Below, in pieces: positions 40,813 to 48,765 of a stretch of DNA of 64,000 nucleotides. The DNA is from Patescibacteria group bacterium UBA6201 (GTDB lineage Bacteria; Patescibacteriota; Minisyncoccia; Phycocordibacterales; UBA918), in the NCBI GenBank assembly GCA_002422025.1, contig DISV01000004.1, positions 102,578-166,577 on the forward strand. The letters are read 5' to 3'. Positions within the stretch are counted from its first letter, which is position 1, and each line of letters starts with the position of its first letter. The translations under genes and the position numbers were made by a program. The notes under the pieces were generated by a model, which ran no database searches, was not told the origin of the DNA, and saw only the letters and a list, made by a program, of their open reading frames with translations.

Positions 40813-40897
40813 TCCCACAAATCCACTACCTTCAAGAAACTCGGACACTCCATTTCAATTAAAGAGGTTTTAACTTGTAGTAAACTGCTCCACAGAA
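40813..40897 (+). repeat. Cassette-junction module M2
   Basis: Near-identical to M1. Confidence 0.6.
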
Positions 40898-41000
40898 TAT
40901 AGAAATATATGGAAGATTAAGAGAGCTTACTCAGGTCTGAGTAAGCTTTCTTATTTTGTATAAAACCAGACATCCATAGTCCTCTACTGTTTTACACAGA

Positions 41001-41361
41001 TTATTTCTTCACACAGTGCAACATAAGGTCATTACCGTCAGGATCAGTGAAAAGCGCCATGTAACAGACAGGATTATCAAGAGTCTCGCCACTAAACACA
41101 ACCCCCCTTATCCTCTAATTCTTTACGTGCTGCTTCTATCTCATCGACATGAAGTGCAATATGAGCGTTCTTCTGTGGCGCGAACGACATGCCCATCTTC
41201 TCTGGTTCCCAGATACCAAAACAGGTGTCCCCTACCCAAAATTCATACTCTGCTTTTGGATCTGGTCTAAGACCTAAGGTGTCTATATAAAACTTCCGCG
41301 ACCGCTCTGAGTCAGTTGACGGCACTCCCACAAAATCAAGTTTAGTGATTTTATTTTCCAT
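41001..41361 (-). pseudogene. Island cargo 3: glyoxalase/VOC-family gene interrupted by a frameshift in a G6/C6 homopolymer
   Basis: N-terminal LDFVGVPSTDSERSRKFY...KGG (41092-41361) continues in another frame as VFSGETLDNPVCYMALFTDPDGNDLMLHCVKK* (41001-41100); the shift lies at cccccc, 41103-41108. Confidence 0.55.
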
Positions 41362-41404
41362 AGTTAAAATTTTAGTGGTTAATTATTTATTAATTGTACT
41401 ACAA

Positions 41405-41448
41405 ATTCACCACCCTCAAGAAATTCTGACACTCCATTTCAATCAAAC
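41405..41448 (+). repeat. Partial junction module M3
   Basis: caccaccctcaagaaattctgacactccatttcaatcaaa. Confidence 0.45.
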
Positions 41449-41635
41449 TAATCCTAACCAAGGACAAACTACTCCACCGATTCAAAACACCACTCTATCG
41501 AGTAGCATTTTGCTACCTATATATAGAAATTAGTTTGAATACCATGTACAAAATAGTATTTTCATTATATTGTTTGCCTCAGTTTTGAGGCTATTGCGCC
41601 AACAAGTACACCAACCCGCACCTTTACAGGAGGCC

Positions 41636-42436
41636 AAAATGGCTTTTAAGATTCGATTGTTCACACAGAAAGACCTCGATCGCATCGAAGCATATCATCG
41701 GGGAGAAATACAAAAACCCCAATGGATAATCGACTGGGAAAAGAAGATTGAAGATGCACGGCTGATACTCGCTGCTGCCGTTCATCAAGAGCTTCTGGAC
41801 CCCCATCAACAAACGCTGTACGTTCAGACTGTCGCTCAGATGATGCATCGGCGAGACCGCCTCTACGACATCTGGATGGAAGAGCTACCTTTTAAGACAT
41901 GGGAAGAACTCGCGAACGAACGTCCACCGTCTTCAGACGATCTGTTTCAATACACAGTTAAGGACACAGAAGACTACCTCAACGGCCCTGGAGTCTCAGC
42001 ATTTGTATGCTTCTTGGACCAACGGTGGAAGGGGTTCCTCAAGGACTTCGCCCATCAATGTCTTCGGGACTGCGACCCACTGATCGAAGAGTCATTCCTT
42101 ATGACTCCAGAAATTCGTCACACACTCTCCTACCCAGAACAAACCTTCGGTACTAGTAATAAGGAAATTCTTGAAGCTCGTCTGATTGAATGGACTAACA
42201 AGAAAATTCACACTGATACACCCTCATACGTCGTGCGGCTACTCGTTGCTAATGTATGGATAGCACTGGACAAAGAAATGAGTGCGCTGACGCAGATGGA
42301 GTTCGCTCGATGTGAAGCTGCGGAACCCAATTTCGAGCGAATGATGAAAGAAAAGGACCCGGCAACCGACCTCTATCTGACACAAGCGCAACGATGGCAG
42401 ATAGAAGTTCTTCTCAAAATGTGGCCAAGTTCATGA
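41636..42436 (+). CDS. Island cargo 4: hypothetical 266-aa protein
   Basis: SD acaGGAGGccaaaATG; stem-loop terminator at 42440-42480; no recognisable domain. Confidence 0.5.
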   Translation, partial: KMAFKIRLFTQKDLDRIEAYHRGEIQKPQWIIDWEKKIEDARLILAAAVHQELLDPHQQTLYVQTVAQMMHRRDRLYDIWMEELPFKTWEELANERPPSSDDLFQYTVKDTEDYLNGPGVSAFVCFLDQRWKGFLKDFAHQCLRDCDPLIEESFLMTPEIRHTLSYPEQTFGTSNKEILEARLIEWTNKKIHTDTPSYVVRLLVANVWIALDKEMSALTQMEFARCEAAEPNFERMMKEKDPATDLYLTQAQRWQIEVLLKMWPSS

Positions 42437-42625
42437 CCCGGCCACCTCGCCGCCTTCCCTCTGGGGGAGGCGGTTTCTTTTATATAGATCAGTTCGTTAA
42501 GTTGTCGCAAATCAACAAACTGATGATTCATATTAGTTTTTAACCACTCCTCTCTATGTTGGTTTAGTATACGGTGAGGTCTAAAGTTAGCTACTTTATT
42601 CATTCAGTTGTTCACAGTGGTATTT

Positions 42626-42654
42626 GACAAAAACACTAACTGGTCACATAATAA
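42626..42654 (+). promoter_or_regulatory. Consensus sigma70-type promoter TTGACA-N17-CATAAT
   Basis: ttgacaaaaacactaactggtcacataat. Confidence 0.4.
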
Positions 42655-42687
42655 ACACAGTTGGGAGGAAACCGGGGAGGAAGTACT

Positions 42688-42792
42688 ATGGAGTCAACAT
42701 GGGCATTGCCGGCAGCGATTTTTTTTGGATATGTCTGCCTGACCATCACTTGCAGTTACTGGTGGACACATTCTGGTCCATCTGACCCACAT
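42688..42792 (+). CDS. Hypothetical 34-aa hydrophobic peptide
   Basis: MESTWALPAAIFFGYVCLTITCSYWWTHSGPSDPH; SD gggaggaag; terminator at 42821-42850; below the ORF-track length cut-off. Confidence 0.3.
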
Positions 42793-42876
42793 TGAAAGTG
42801 GGTCAATCGAAGAATACAGGGTCCGGCGCATCTGCTCCGGACCTTTTGTTATGATATATTCTTAGTATCTTACGGT

Positions 42877-43491
42877 ATGAATTTTTCCCGTACCACAAAA
42901 AAGGTTATCGCTGTTGACTTCGATGATGTTGTAATGCACTTCAGTACTGGATTCTTAACTTTTCATAATCGGTTACACGGAACCAATTTGGTGTACGAAA
43001 ACCTCACTCGTTATGATGACTGGGAACTGACATACGGATGCGACAAGGAAACAATGGCAGGAAGAGCGACTGACTTCTACCACTCCCCCGATCATATGTT
43101 GGTACCACCGGTACCAGGGGCAGTTGAAGCGATTGCGTATTTATCAAAAACATATTCGCTTCAAATAGTGACCAGTCGGCCTGAATCTACTCGCTCGCCG
43201 ACTTTGAAATGGTTGGACAGTCATTTTCCGAAACTTTTTCACGACTTTCATTTCACTAACGGCTACGCGGGAGCCGCTGATGCCAAACTAAGGGCAAAAT
43301 CGGAAGTATGTCGTGAGATTGGTGCCGTAGTGCTGATTGATGACGCAATGAAACATGCTTGTGATGTTGCAAATAGTGGTATTCCCACCCTGCTTCCAAA
43401 CCGTCCATGGAACCAGGGTCCAGAACCGAAAGGAGTATATCGAGTATATTCATGGAAAGAGACCATTAAATGGATTAGTGAGAATGTTTAG
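42877..43491 (+). CDS. Island cargo: HAD-superfamily 5'(3')-deoxyribonucleotidase (NT5C family)
   Basis: VIAVDFDDVV (HAD motif I), ...VTSRPE..., LIDDAMKH; terminator at 43492-43532. Confidence 0.65.
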   Translation: MNFSRTTKKVIAVDFDDVVMHFSTGFLTFHNRLHGTNLVYENLTRYDDWELTYGCDKETMAGRATDFYHSPDHMLVPPVPGAVEAIAYLSKTYSLQIVTSRPESTRSPTLKWLDSHFPKLFHDFHFTNGYAGAADAKLRAKSEVCREIGAVVLIDDAMKHACDVANSGIPTLLPNRPWNQGPEPKGVYRVYSWKETIKWISENV

Positions 43492-43574
43492 GAACAAAAA
43501 CCAGACACACTAGTGTGTCTGGTTTTTGTTCCTTATGGTGTAAAGATTGTTTTGTTATATGTTAAAATCGCGCG

Positions 43575-43985
43575 ATGTCTAAAAAAGATTTTAAGGTTTT
43601 TAAAAGTAGTGCTGGCTTTGGGCTTAGGACACTGCGCGACTGGAAGAAGGGTGACCTGGTAATCGAGTACACTGGAAAGAAAATTACTAACAAAGCCGCC
43701 GATGACAAACCAAACCGTTACCTGTTTGATCTTGATGAGAAATGGACTATAGACGGCTCACCTCGCTCTAACCTCGCCCGCTATATTAATCACTCTTGCC
43801 GACCTAACTGCGAGCCAGTCCACTACACAGATACCAATGAGATAGGTATAGAAGCCTTACGAGATATAAAAACTGACGAAGAACTGACCTACGACTACGG
43901 AAAAGACCACTTTGAGGAATACATAGAGCCATATGGCTGTAAGTGTAGTTACCATATGAAGAAGCAAGGTAAGATTGTGAGCTAG
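43575..43985 (+). CDS. Island cargo: SET-domain protein (putative lysine methyltransferase)
   Basis: NHSCRPNC and ELTYDYG SET motifs, post-SET Cys cluster CKCSYH. Confidence 0.75.
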   Translation: MSKKDFKVFKSSAGFGLRTLRDWKKGDLVIEYTGKKITNKAADDKPNRYLFDLDEKWTIDGSPRSNLARYINHSCRPNCEPVHYTDTNEIGIEALRDIKTDEELTYDYGKDHFEEYIEPYGCKCSYHMKKQGKIVS

Positions 43986-44093
43986 AGAAATCGAGCAGCT
44001 ACTTTTCTACTTCCTATTCCTTATTCACTGATTTGTGTTATATTTTGTCTCAATCAGACTAAAGACTAGCTGGCGCCGCATTAAACATTTTAT

Positions 44094-44786
44094 ATATTAA
44101 GAGAAATCAATCTGAACAAACCAAGAACCTTCATCAACTACAATAAAGACCGTACTCGTATCAATGCCGCCATTAGGGCGAAGGAACTTCGTGTAATCGG
44201 CGCCAAAGGTGAGAACCTTGGTGTATTACTCCTCGACGACGCTAGGAAGGCAGCCGACGAAGCTGGTCTTGACCTAATTGAAATCTCCCCAAACGCCAAC
44301 CCTCCAGTGGCTAAGATAATGGACTTTGGTCAATTTCGTTATGAGACCAAACGTAAGAAAAGTGAGGTTAAAGCCAAATCACACGTTACCGAAACTAAGT
44401 CCGTTCAGGTTAAAGTTATTACCGGCGACCACGACCAGCAACTTAAAGCTCGACGTGCAGCTGAATGGCTTTCCGAAGGTCATCGCGTGAAGGCTGACCT
44501 TTTCCTTTCTGGACGATACAAGTACATGGATGAAGCTTTCTTGAAAGACCGACTGAATCGCTTCCTTAAAATCATTCCGATTGAGTACAAGATTGCTGAC
44601 CCTATCAAGAAGAGCCCAAAAGGTTACACTGTAACCCTAGAACGCGATGGAAAAGCTAAATACATCAAGGGCATAGAACTGGAAGATGTAAAACCAGCTA
44701 AAGTTGAGCCTGACGATAACTCTACAAACACACAAAAGGTGAAAAAGAAGTCATTGGACGAACTTATAGAGGGAGGATTAATCTAG
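44094..44786 (+). CDS. infC: Translation initiation factor IF-3, non-AUG start (AUA at 44094 or AUC at 44106)
   Basis: The in-frame upstream extension reads INLNKPRTFINYNKDRTRINAAIRAKELRVIGAKGENLGVLLLDDARKAADEAGLDLIEISPNANPPVAKIMDFGQFRYE; no in-frame ATG/GTG/TTG sits between the TAA at 44082-44084 and 44307. Confidence 0.8.
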   Translation: MLREINLNKPRTFINYNKDRTRINAAIRAKELRVIGAKGENLGVLLLDDARKAADEAGLDLIEISPNANPPVAKIMDFGQFRYETKRKKSEVKAKSHVTETKSVQVKVITGDHDQQLKARRAAEWLSEGHRVKADLFLSGRYKYMDEAFLKDRLNRFLKIIPIEYKIADPIKKSPKGYTVTLERDGKAKYIKGIELEDVKPAKVEPDDNSTNTQKVKKKSLDELIEGGLI

Positions 44787-44789
44787 GTT

Positions 44790-44936
44790 CTAGGGCTTGA
44801 CCCCACACCTGTTCTCCTGTTGTTTTGCGGATACAGACAGAGAGGAAGACTCTAATTTCACTTATAAATTCTTTGATTCTGAGTATTTAAAAGTGGCAAA
44901 ACTGAAACTACAGGAGAACAGGTGTAGGGGGCTTGA
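44790..44936 (+). promoter_or_regulatory. Long-range inverted repeat (about 25-bp arms, about 90-nt loop) in the infC-rpmI spacer; candidate L20-binding autoregulatory leader
   Basis: ctagggcttgaccccacacctgttctcctgt ... acaggagaacaggtgtagggggcttga. Confidence 0.35.
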
Positions 44937-45139
44937 TTTAAGGGGGGTTTTGCTGTATATTTCTACCACTTTTGTCGCTTCTCACGACAGAGAACCCCGA
45001 ACCTTGAACTGCCGTGATTTCACGAAATTGGATGCAGTTCGAGGCGGACAAGGAAAATAATGTGAGCGGGACAAAATAGTCCAGTGAGCATTATATTACG
45101 AAGTCCAACAAAGAAATGTGCCAATTTCGTTGAATCACT

Positions 45140-45331
45140 ATGAAAACTAACAAATCTTATACAAAGAGAATAAAAGTCACGAAAAACGGCAAGCTCGTTG
45201 CTCGTAAGCCTGGCCAAAACCACTTTAATGCACGCCAGACTGGTCAACAAAGACTTCGTCGCAAGCGAACACAGCTGTTGAATTTGAGTAAGAAGATTAC
45301 CAGACGTTTCCTACCAGGCACCGGAGCCTAG
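45140..45331 (+). CDS. rpmI: 50S ribosomal protein bL35
   Basis: 63-aa Lys/Arg-rich protein in the infC-rpmI-rplT arrangement. Confidence 0.75.
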   Translation: MKTNKSYTKRIKVTKNGKLVARKPGQNHFNARQTGQQRLRRKRTQLLNLSKKITRRFLPGTGA

Positions 45332-45505
45332 TCTCCAAAACCAGCGAATTTGTACCGGTTTCGGTCGCTTCACTTGGTCGTCGTAGGTTTACTACGTCTT
45401 CCGCTTGAAGCTCCCTCCAACCGGCACAACTTCATCCGGTTTTGAAAACTAGCAATAATTATCGCTAGTACTAGAAACTTTAAACTGAAAACTAACAACT
45501 AATTT

Positions 45506-45850
45506 ATGTCACGTGTAAAAGGAGGATTGATGGCTCAAAAACGCCGTCGTAACATCCTCGAACAAGTAAAAGGATACCGTTTCGGTCGCTCTAAGAAAAA
45601 GCGTCAGGCCATTGAAGCAATTCATCACTCTGGACTTCACTCTTTCGCTCACCGTAAGGATAAGAAGGCTGACTACCGTTCACTCTGGATTACCCGTATC
45701 AACGCTGCCTTGAAGGCACAAGGTCTCCAATACAGCCGTTTTGTAAAGGCGATGAAGGATAAGGGATTCGCAGTTGATCGTAAAATCCTCGCTACTCTAG
45801 CTAAGGATAAGCCGGAAGTATTTCAACGAGTTGTTGACCAAGTTAAGTAA
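45506..45850 (+). CDS. rplT: 50S ribosomal protein bL20
   Basis: MSRVKGGLMAQKRRRNILEQVKGYRFGRSKK is a classic L20. Confidence 0.9.
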   Translation: MSRVKGGLMAQKRRRNILEQVKGYRFGRSKKKRQAIEAIHHSGLHSFAHRKDKKADYRSLWITRINAALKAQGLQYSRFVKAMKDKGFAVDRKILATLAKDKPEVFQRVVDQVK

Positions 45851-46034
45851 AGTTTCCAAAATCAGGTAAATTCTAGGACTTCAGAAATTTTGCTCGTCGC
45901 CGTATGTTGAATACGGCTCGCTCTCAAAACTTCCTCCAGTCCGTCGAATTTCCACTAATTTTGAAAGATTTAACGAAACCCCGCGCCTAGGCGCGGGGTT
46001 TTTGCTTATTTGTTATTTCTAGTAGGACTGACAC

Positions 46035-47399
46035 TTAAAACTCAATGTCCACGACCTCGTTCGGACTTGGTGCTACAGCATTAACACCAAGGTAGTCACG
46101 TAGGCGCTGAACCAAGAAAAGTGAGGAGCGCTCCTCTCCCATGGCCACAAATACCTGTTTGGCCTTCTCGCCACCCTTTGCTACAAAGCTCACTAGTTGG
46201 TCTCGGTCAGCGTGACCGGACCAGCCCTGAATACTAGCGACCTCGGCCTTAACCACAACTTTCTTGCCATCAATCTTTACGGAAGGTGCACCATCTTTGA
46301 GACGGCGCCCGATACTACCGACAGATTGATAACCAACGAGTAACAGAATGGTCTTTGGGTTAGACAGAAAATTCTGTTCATGTTTTAAGATACGTCCACC
46401 GTGAGACATACCGCTGCCGGCAATAATCACTTTAGCGCCCTTAGTGCGACTAATCGCTTCCGAATCCGAAACGGTACGGGTTAGTTTGAGTTTTGGAAAA
46501 TCAAAGACATTGTCCCCTTTCTTTATTTGCTCGCGTACTGAATCTCTTAAATATTTAGTTCGTTCTCTATAAATATCGGTCACTTCTATAGCTAGTGGTG
46601 AATCCAGAAATACCGGCACCGGCTCTATCTTGCCACTTTCTACCATATTATTAATTTCAAATAACATTCCTTGGGTACGCTCAAGTGAAAAGGCCGGTAT
46701 GATGAGTGTCCCTTTTTGCTTTATTGTCTTCTCCAAGTAGCCAAGTAGCAATTCACTCCTCTCATTCACCTCTTCGTGCAATCTGTCACCATACACGCTC
46801 TCCATTACCAAGTAGTCGTAACCAGTTGGAATAACTGGAGGATTAAGTAATGGTTGCGGGTCGTTTCCAATGTCACCAGAAAATGTGATGTGGCGTCCGG
46901 CACGTTCTAAAGTAATAGAGGCTGAACCGAGAATATGTCCAACATCGGTGAACACGGCCGACACGTCATCTTTAAGAGCTAAGGTAGTTTCGTATTCTAC
47001 TGGCTTCCATAGACCCAAGGCCGCGGCAATATCTTTTTCTTCATAAAGTAAGGGAGTACCGTACTTTTCTGACTCAAAGGACATCACCTGGAAAGCGTCA
47101 CGAAGCATCACACCAGCAAGTGCGAGTGTTGGTTCAGTCGAATAGATAGTTCCTTTAAAGCCGTCCCGCACTAACTTTGGAATACGACCAATATGATCAG
47201 CGTGCGCGTGTGTCACTAAAAGAAAATCCACCAACGAAGGGTCATAAGAAAATGCCTTATGGTTTTCCTTTTCTTCAAAGCGATCACCCTGAACCAATCC
47301 ACAATCCACTACGATTCTTGAGCCTCCAGTATCAAGATGAAAATTCGCTCCCGTAACACTACCCACACCGCCATAAAAACCAAGTTTAGATTTACTCAT
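46035..47399 (-). CDS. Beta-CASP metallo-beta-lactamase-fold ribonuclease (RNase J-like)
   Basis: HAHADHIG MBL motif and beta-CASP region; 454 aa. Confidence 0.7.
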   Translation of the reverse strand: MSKSKLGFYGGVGSVTGANFHLDTGGSRIVVDCGLVQGDRFEEKENHKAFSYDPSLVDFLLVTHAHADHIGRIPKLVRDGFKGTIYSTEPTLALAGVMLRDAFQVMSFESEKYGTPLLYEEKDIAAALGLWKPVEYETTLALKDDVSAVFTDVGHILGSASITLERAGRHITFSGDIGNDPQPLLNPPVIPTGYDYLVMESVYGDRLHEEVNERSELLLGYLEKTIKQKGTLIIPAFSLERTQGMLFEINNMVESGKIEPVPVFLDSPLAIEVTDIYRERTKYLRDSVREQIKKGDNVFDFPKLKLTRTVSDSEAISRTKGAKVIIAGSGMSHGGRILKHEQNFLSNPKTILLLVGYQSVGSIGRRLKDGAPSVKIDGKKVVVKAEVASIQGWSGHADRDQLVSFVAKGGEKAKQVFVAMGEERSSLFLVQRLRDYLGVNAVAPSPNEVVDIEF

Positions 47400-47782
47400 A
47401 TATCTAGCTGACTAACTCTTCTGCCAACAAAATACCCTACCAAGCCTCCTAAGGCTCCCATAATAAGGTCCAAGGTAGTGTCGCCAACATAATTACCTTC
47501 TTCAAATGGTATACCAATAACAACCTCAAAGATTTCCCAGGAGGTGGCCACCAATAAGACAAAAGTGATAGTACGTGTAAAGGTAAAGTTCTTATCTGCC
47601 AGATTAGAAAAAAGGCCCAGAAATGTCAGATAGCCCAAGGCTACAGTCACTCCTCCTAAAAAATGCATCGGAATATCAAGCCATAGATATAACCAATAGA
47701 GATGAAGTTCCAAAGCCAGATAATGAAAACCAGCTAGCATTACGGCTGATAGTCCAAATAGTAAAGTGGTGGATTTAATCAC
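47396..47782 (-). CDS. VanZ-like small membrane protein
   Basis: 4 TM segments; SWEIFEVVIG...DLIMGALGGLVGY resembles the VanZ family. Confidence 0.45.
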   Translation of the reverse strand: MIKSTTLLFGLSAVMLAGFHYLALELHLYWLYLWLDIPMHFLGGVTVALGYLTFLGLFSNLADKNFTFTRTITFVLLVATSWEIFEVVIGIPFEEGNYVGDTTLDLIMGALGGLVGYFVGRRVSQLDI

Positions 47783-47799
47783 GGTTCTATTTTAGCACT

Positions 47800-47830
47800 A
47801 AAAAACGCGTTCAAAAGAACGCGTTTTTTA
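47800..47830. terminator. Bidirectional hairpin aaaaaacgcgttc-aaaa-gaacgcgtttttt
   Basis: Perfect 9-bp GC-containing stem flanked by A- and T-runs. Confidence 0.55.
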
Positions 47831-48059
47831 GTGAGTCGCCAACGCATGTCCCTGGAAAAGTCCAGGTGGGCACCGTTACCGATAGCAGTCTGAAATTCTC
47901 GGCCATATGCCTAAAGATTCTCATATGCTAACGCGTCTAAAGGCAGCCCTGACAAAAAAATTAACTCGGAACATACGATAGCGACTCAATAACAGGATAT
48001 CATAAACAAAAAATGACAATACTTTAGTATTGTCATTTTTTGTTTTTTAATAAACTTTC

Positions 48060-48665
48060 TTATTCATTGATTCCATCAAAGTTCACATCATACATAATTC
48101 TCTCTTGAGCAGTGGAGTAACTCATTATCTCTTCGCCCTTAAACCAAATAGCGATTTCACGCTCCGCTTCTTCCGGTGATTCTGATTGGTGAACAAGGTT
48201 TCTCACCGCTCGATTCTCATAAGTAGCGTGTCCGTAGGAATCTACAGTGTAATCACCTCGGATAGTACCAACGTCTGAAGTGGATGGCTCGGTAGTACCA
48301 ACAATCTTAGTAACAACCGAGCAGGCCTGATTACCTTCGAGAATAAGGGCCACCACTGGAGCGGCAGTCATATAGTGCACGATAGTACGGATAATATCCT
48401 TTCCGTACTCCATCGGTTCTTTAGTAATCTCTTGACCTTGAGACTTAAGATCCTCGATAACACCCTTACCCTTTCTTTCATACCACTCGTCGGACTTATT
48501 GTAGTGTTCTAGGAGTTGCGCTTCAGTTGGGACGATCATTTTAAGCGCCGAAATCTTAAGACCGGTACGCTCAAAACGCTTAATTACTTCACCTACCAAT
48601 GACCGCTGTACGGTATCTGGTTTTAGGAGTACAAGTGAACGTTCTTGATGTGGTAATTTGTCCAT
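48060..48665 (-). CDS. ndk: Nucleoside diphosphate kinase (long form)
   Basis: LVLLKPDTVQRSLVGEVIKRFE..., NLVHQSESPEEAEREIAIWF; terminator at 48010-48045. Confidence 0.8.
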   Translation of the reverse strand: MDKLPHQERSLVLLKPDTVQRSLVGEVIKRFERTGLKISALKMIVPTEAQLLEHYNKSDEWYERKGKGVIEDLKSQGQEITKEPMEYGKDIIRTIVHYMTAAPVVALILEGNQACSVVTKIVGTTEPSTSDVGTIRGDYTVDSYGHATYENRAVRNLVHQSESPEEAEREIAIWFKGEEIMSYSTAQERIMYDVNFDGINE

Positions 48666-48765
48666 AAGATTTTGTTTTTAGAGCTGTACATTAAAAAGTT
48701 AGCCCGACTAATATACCTTAAAAGTGACTTAGCGCAAAGCCGGTTCGGCGTCCCAATTTCGTATT

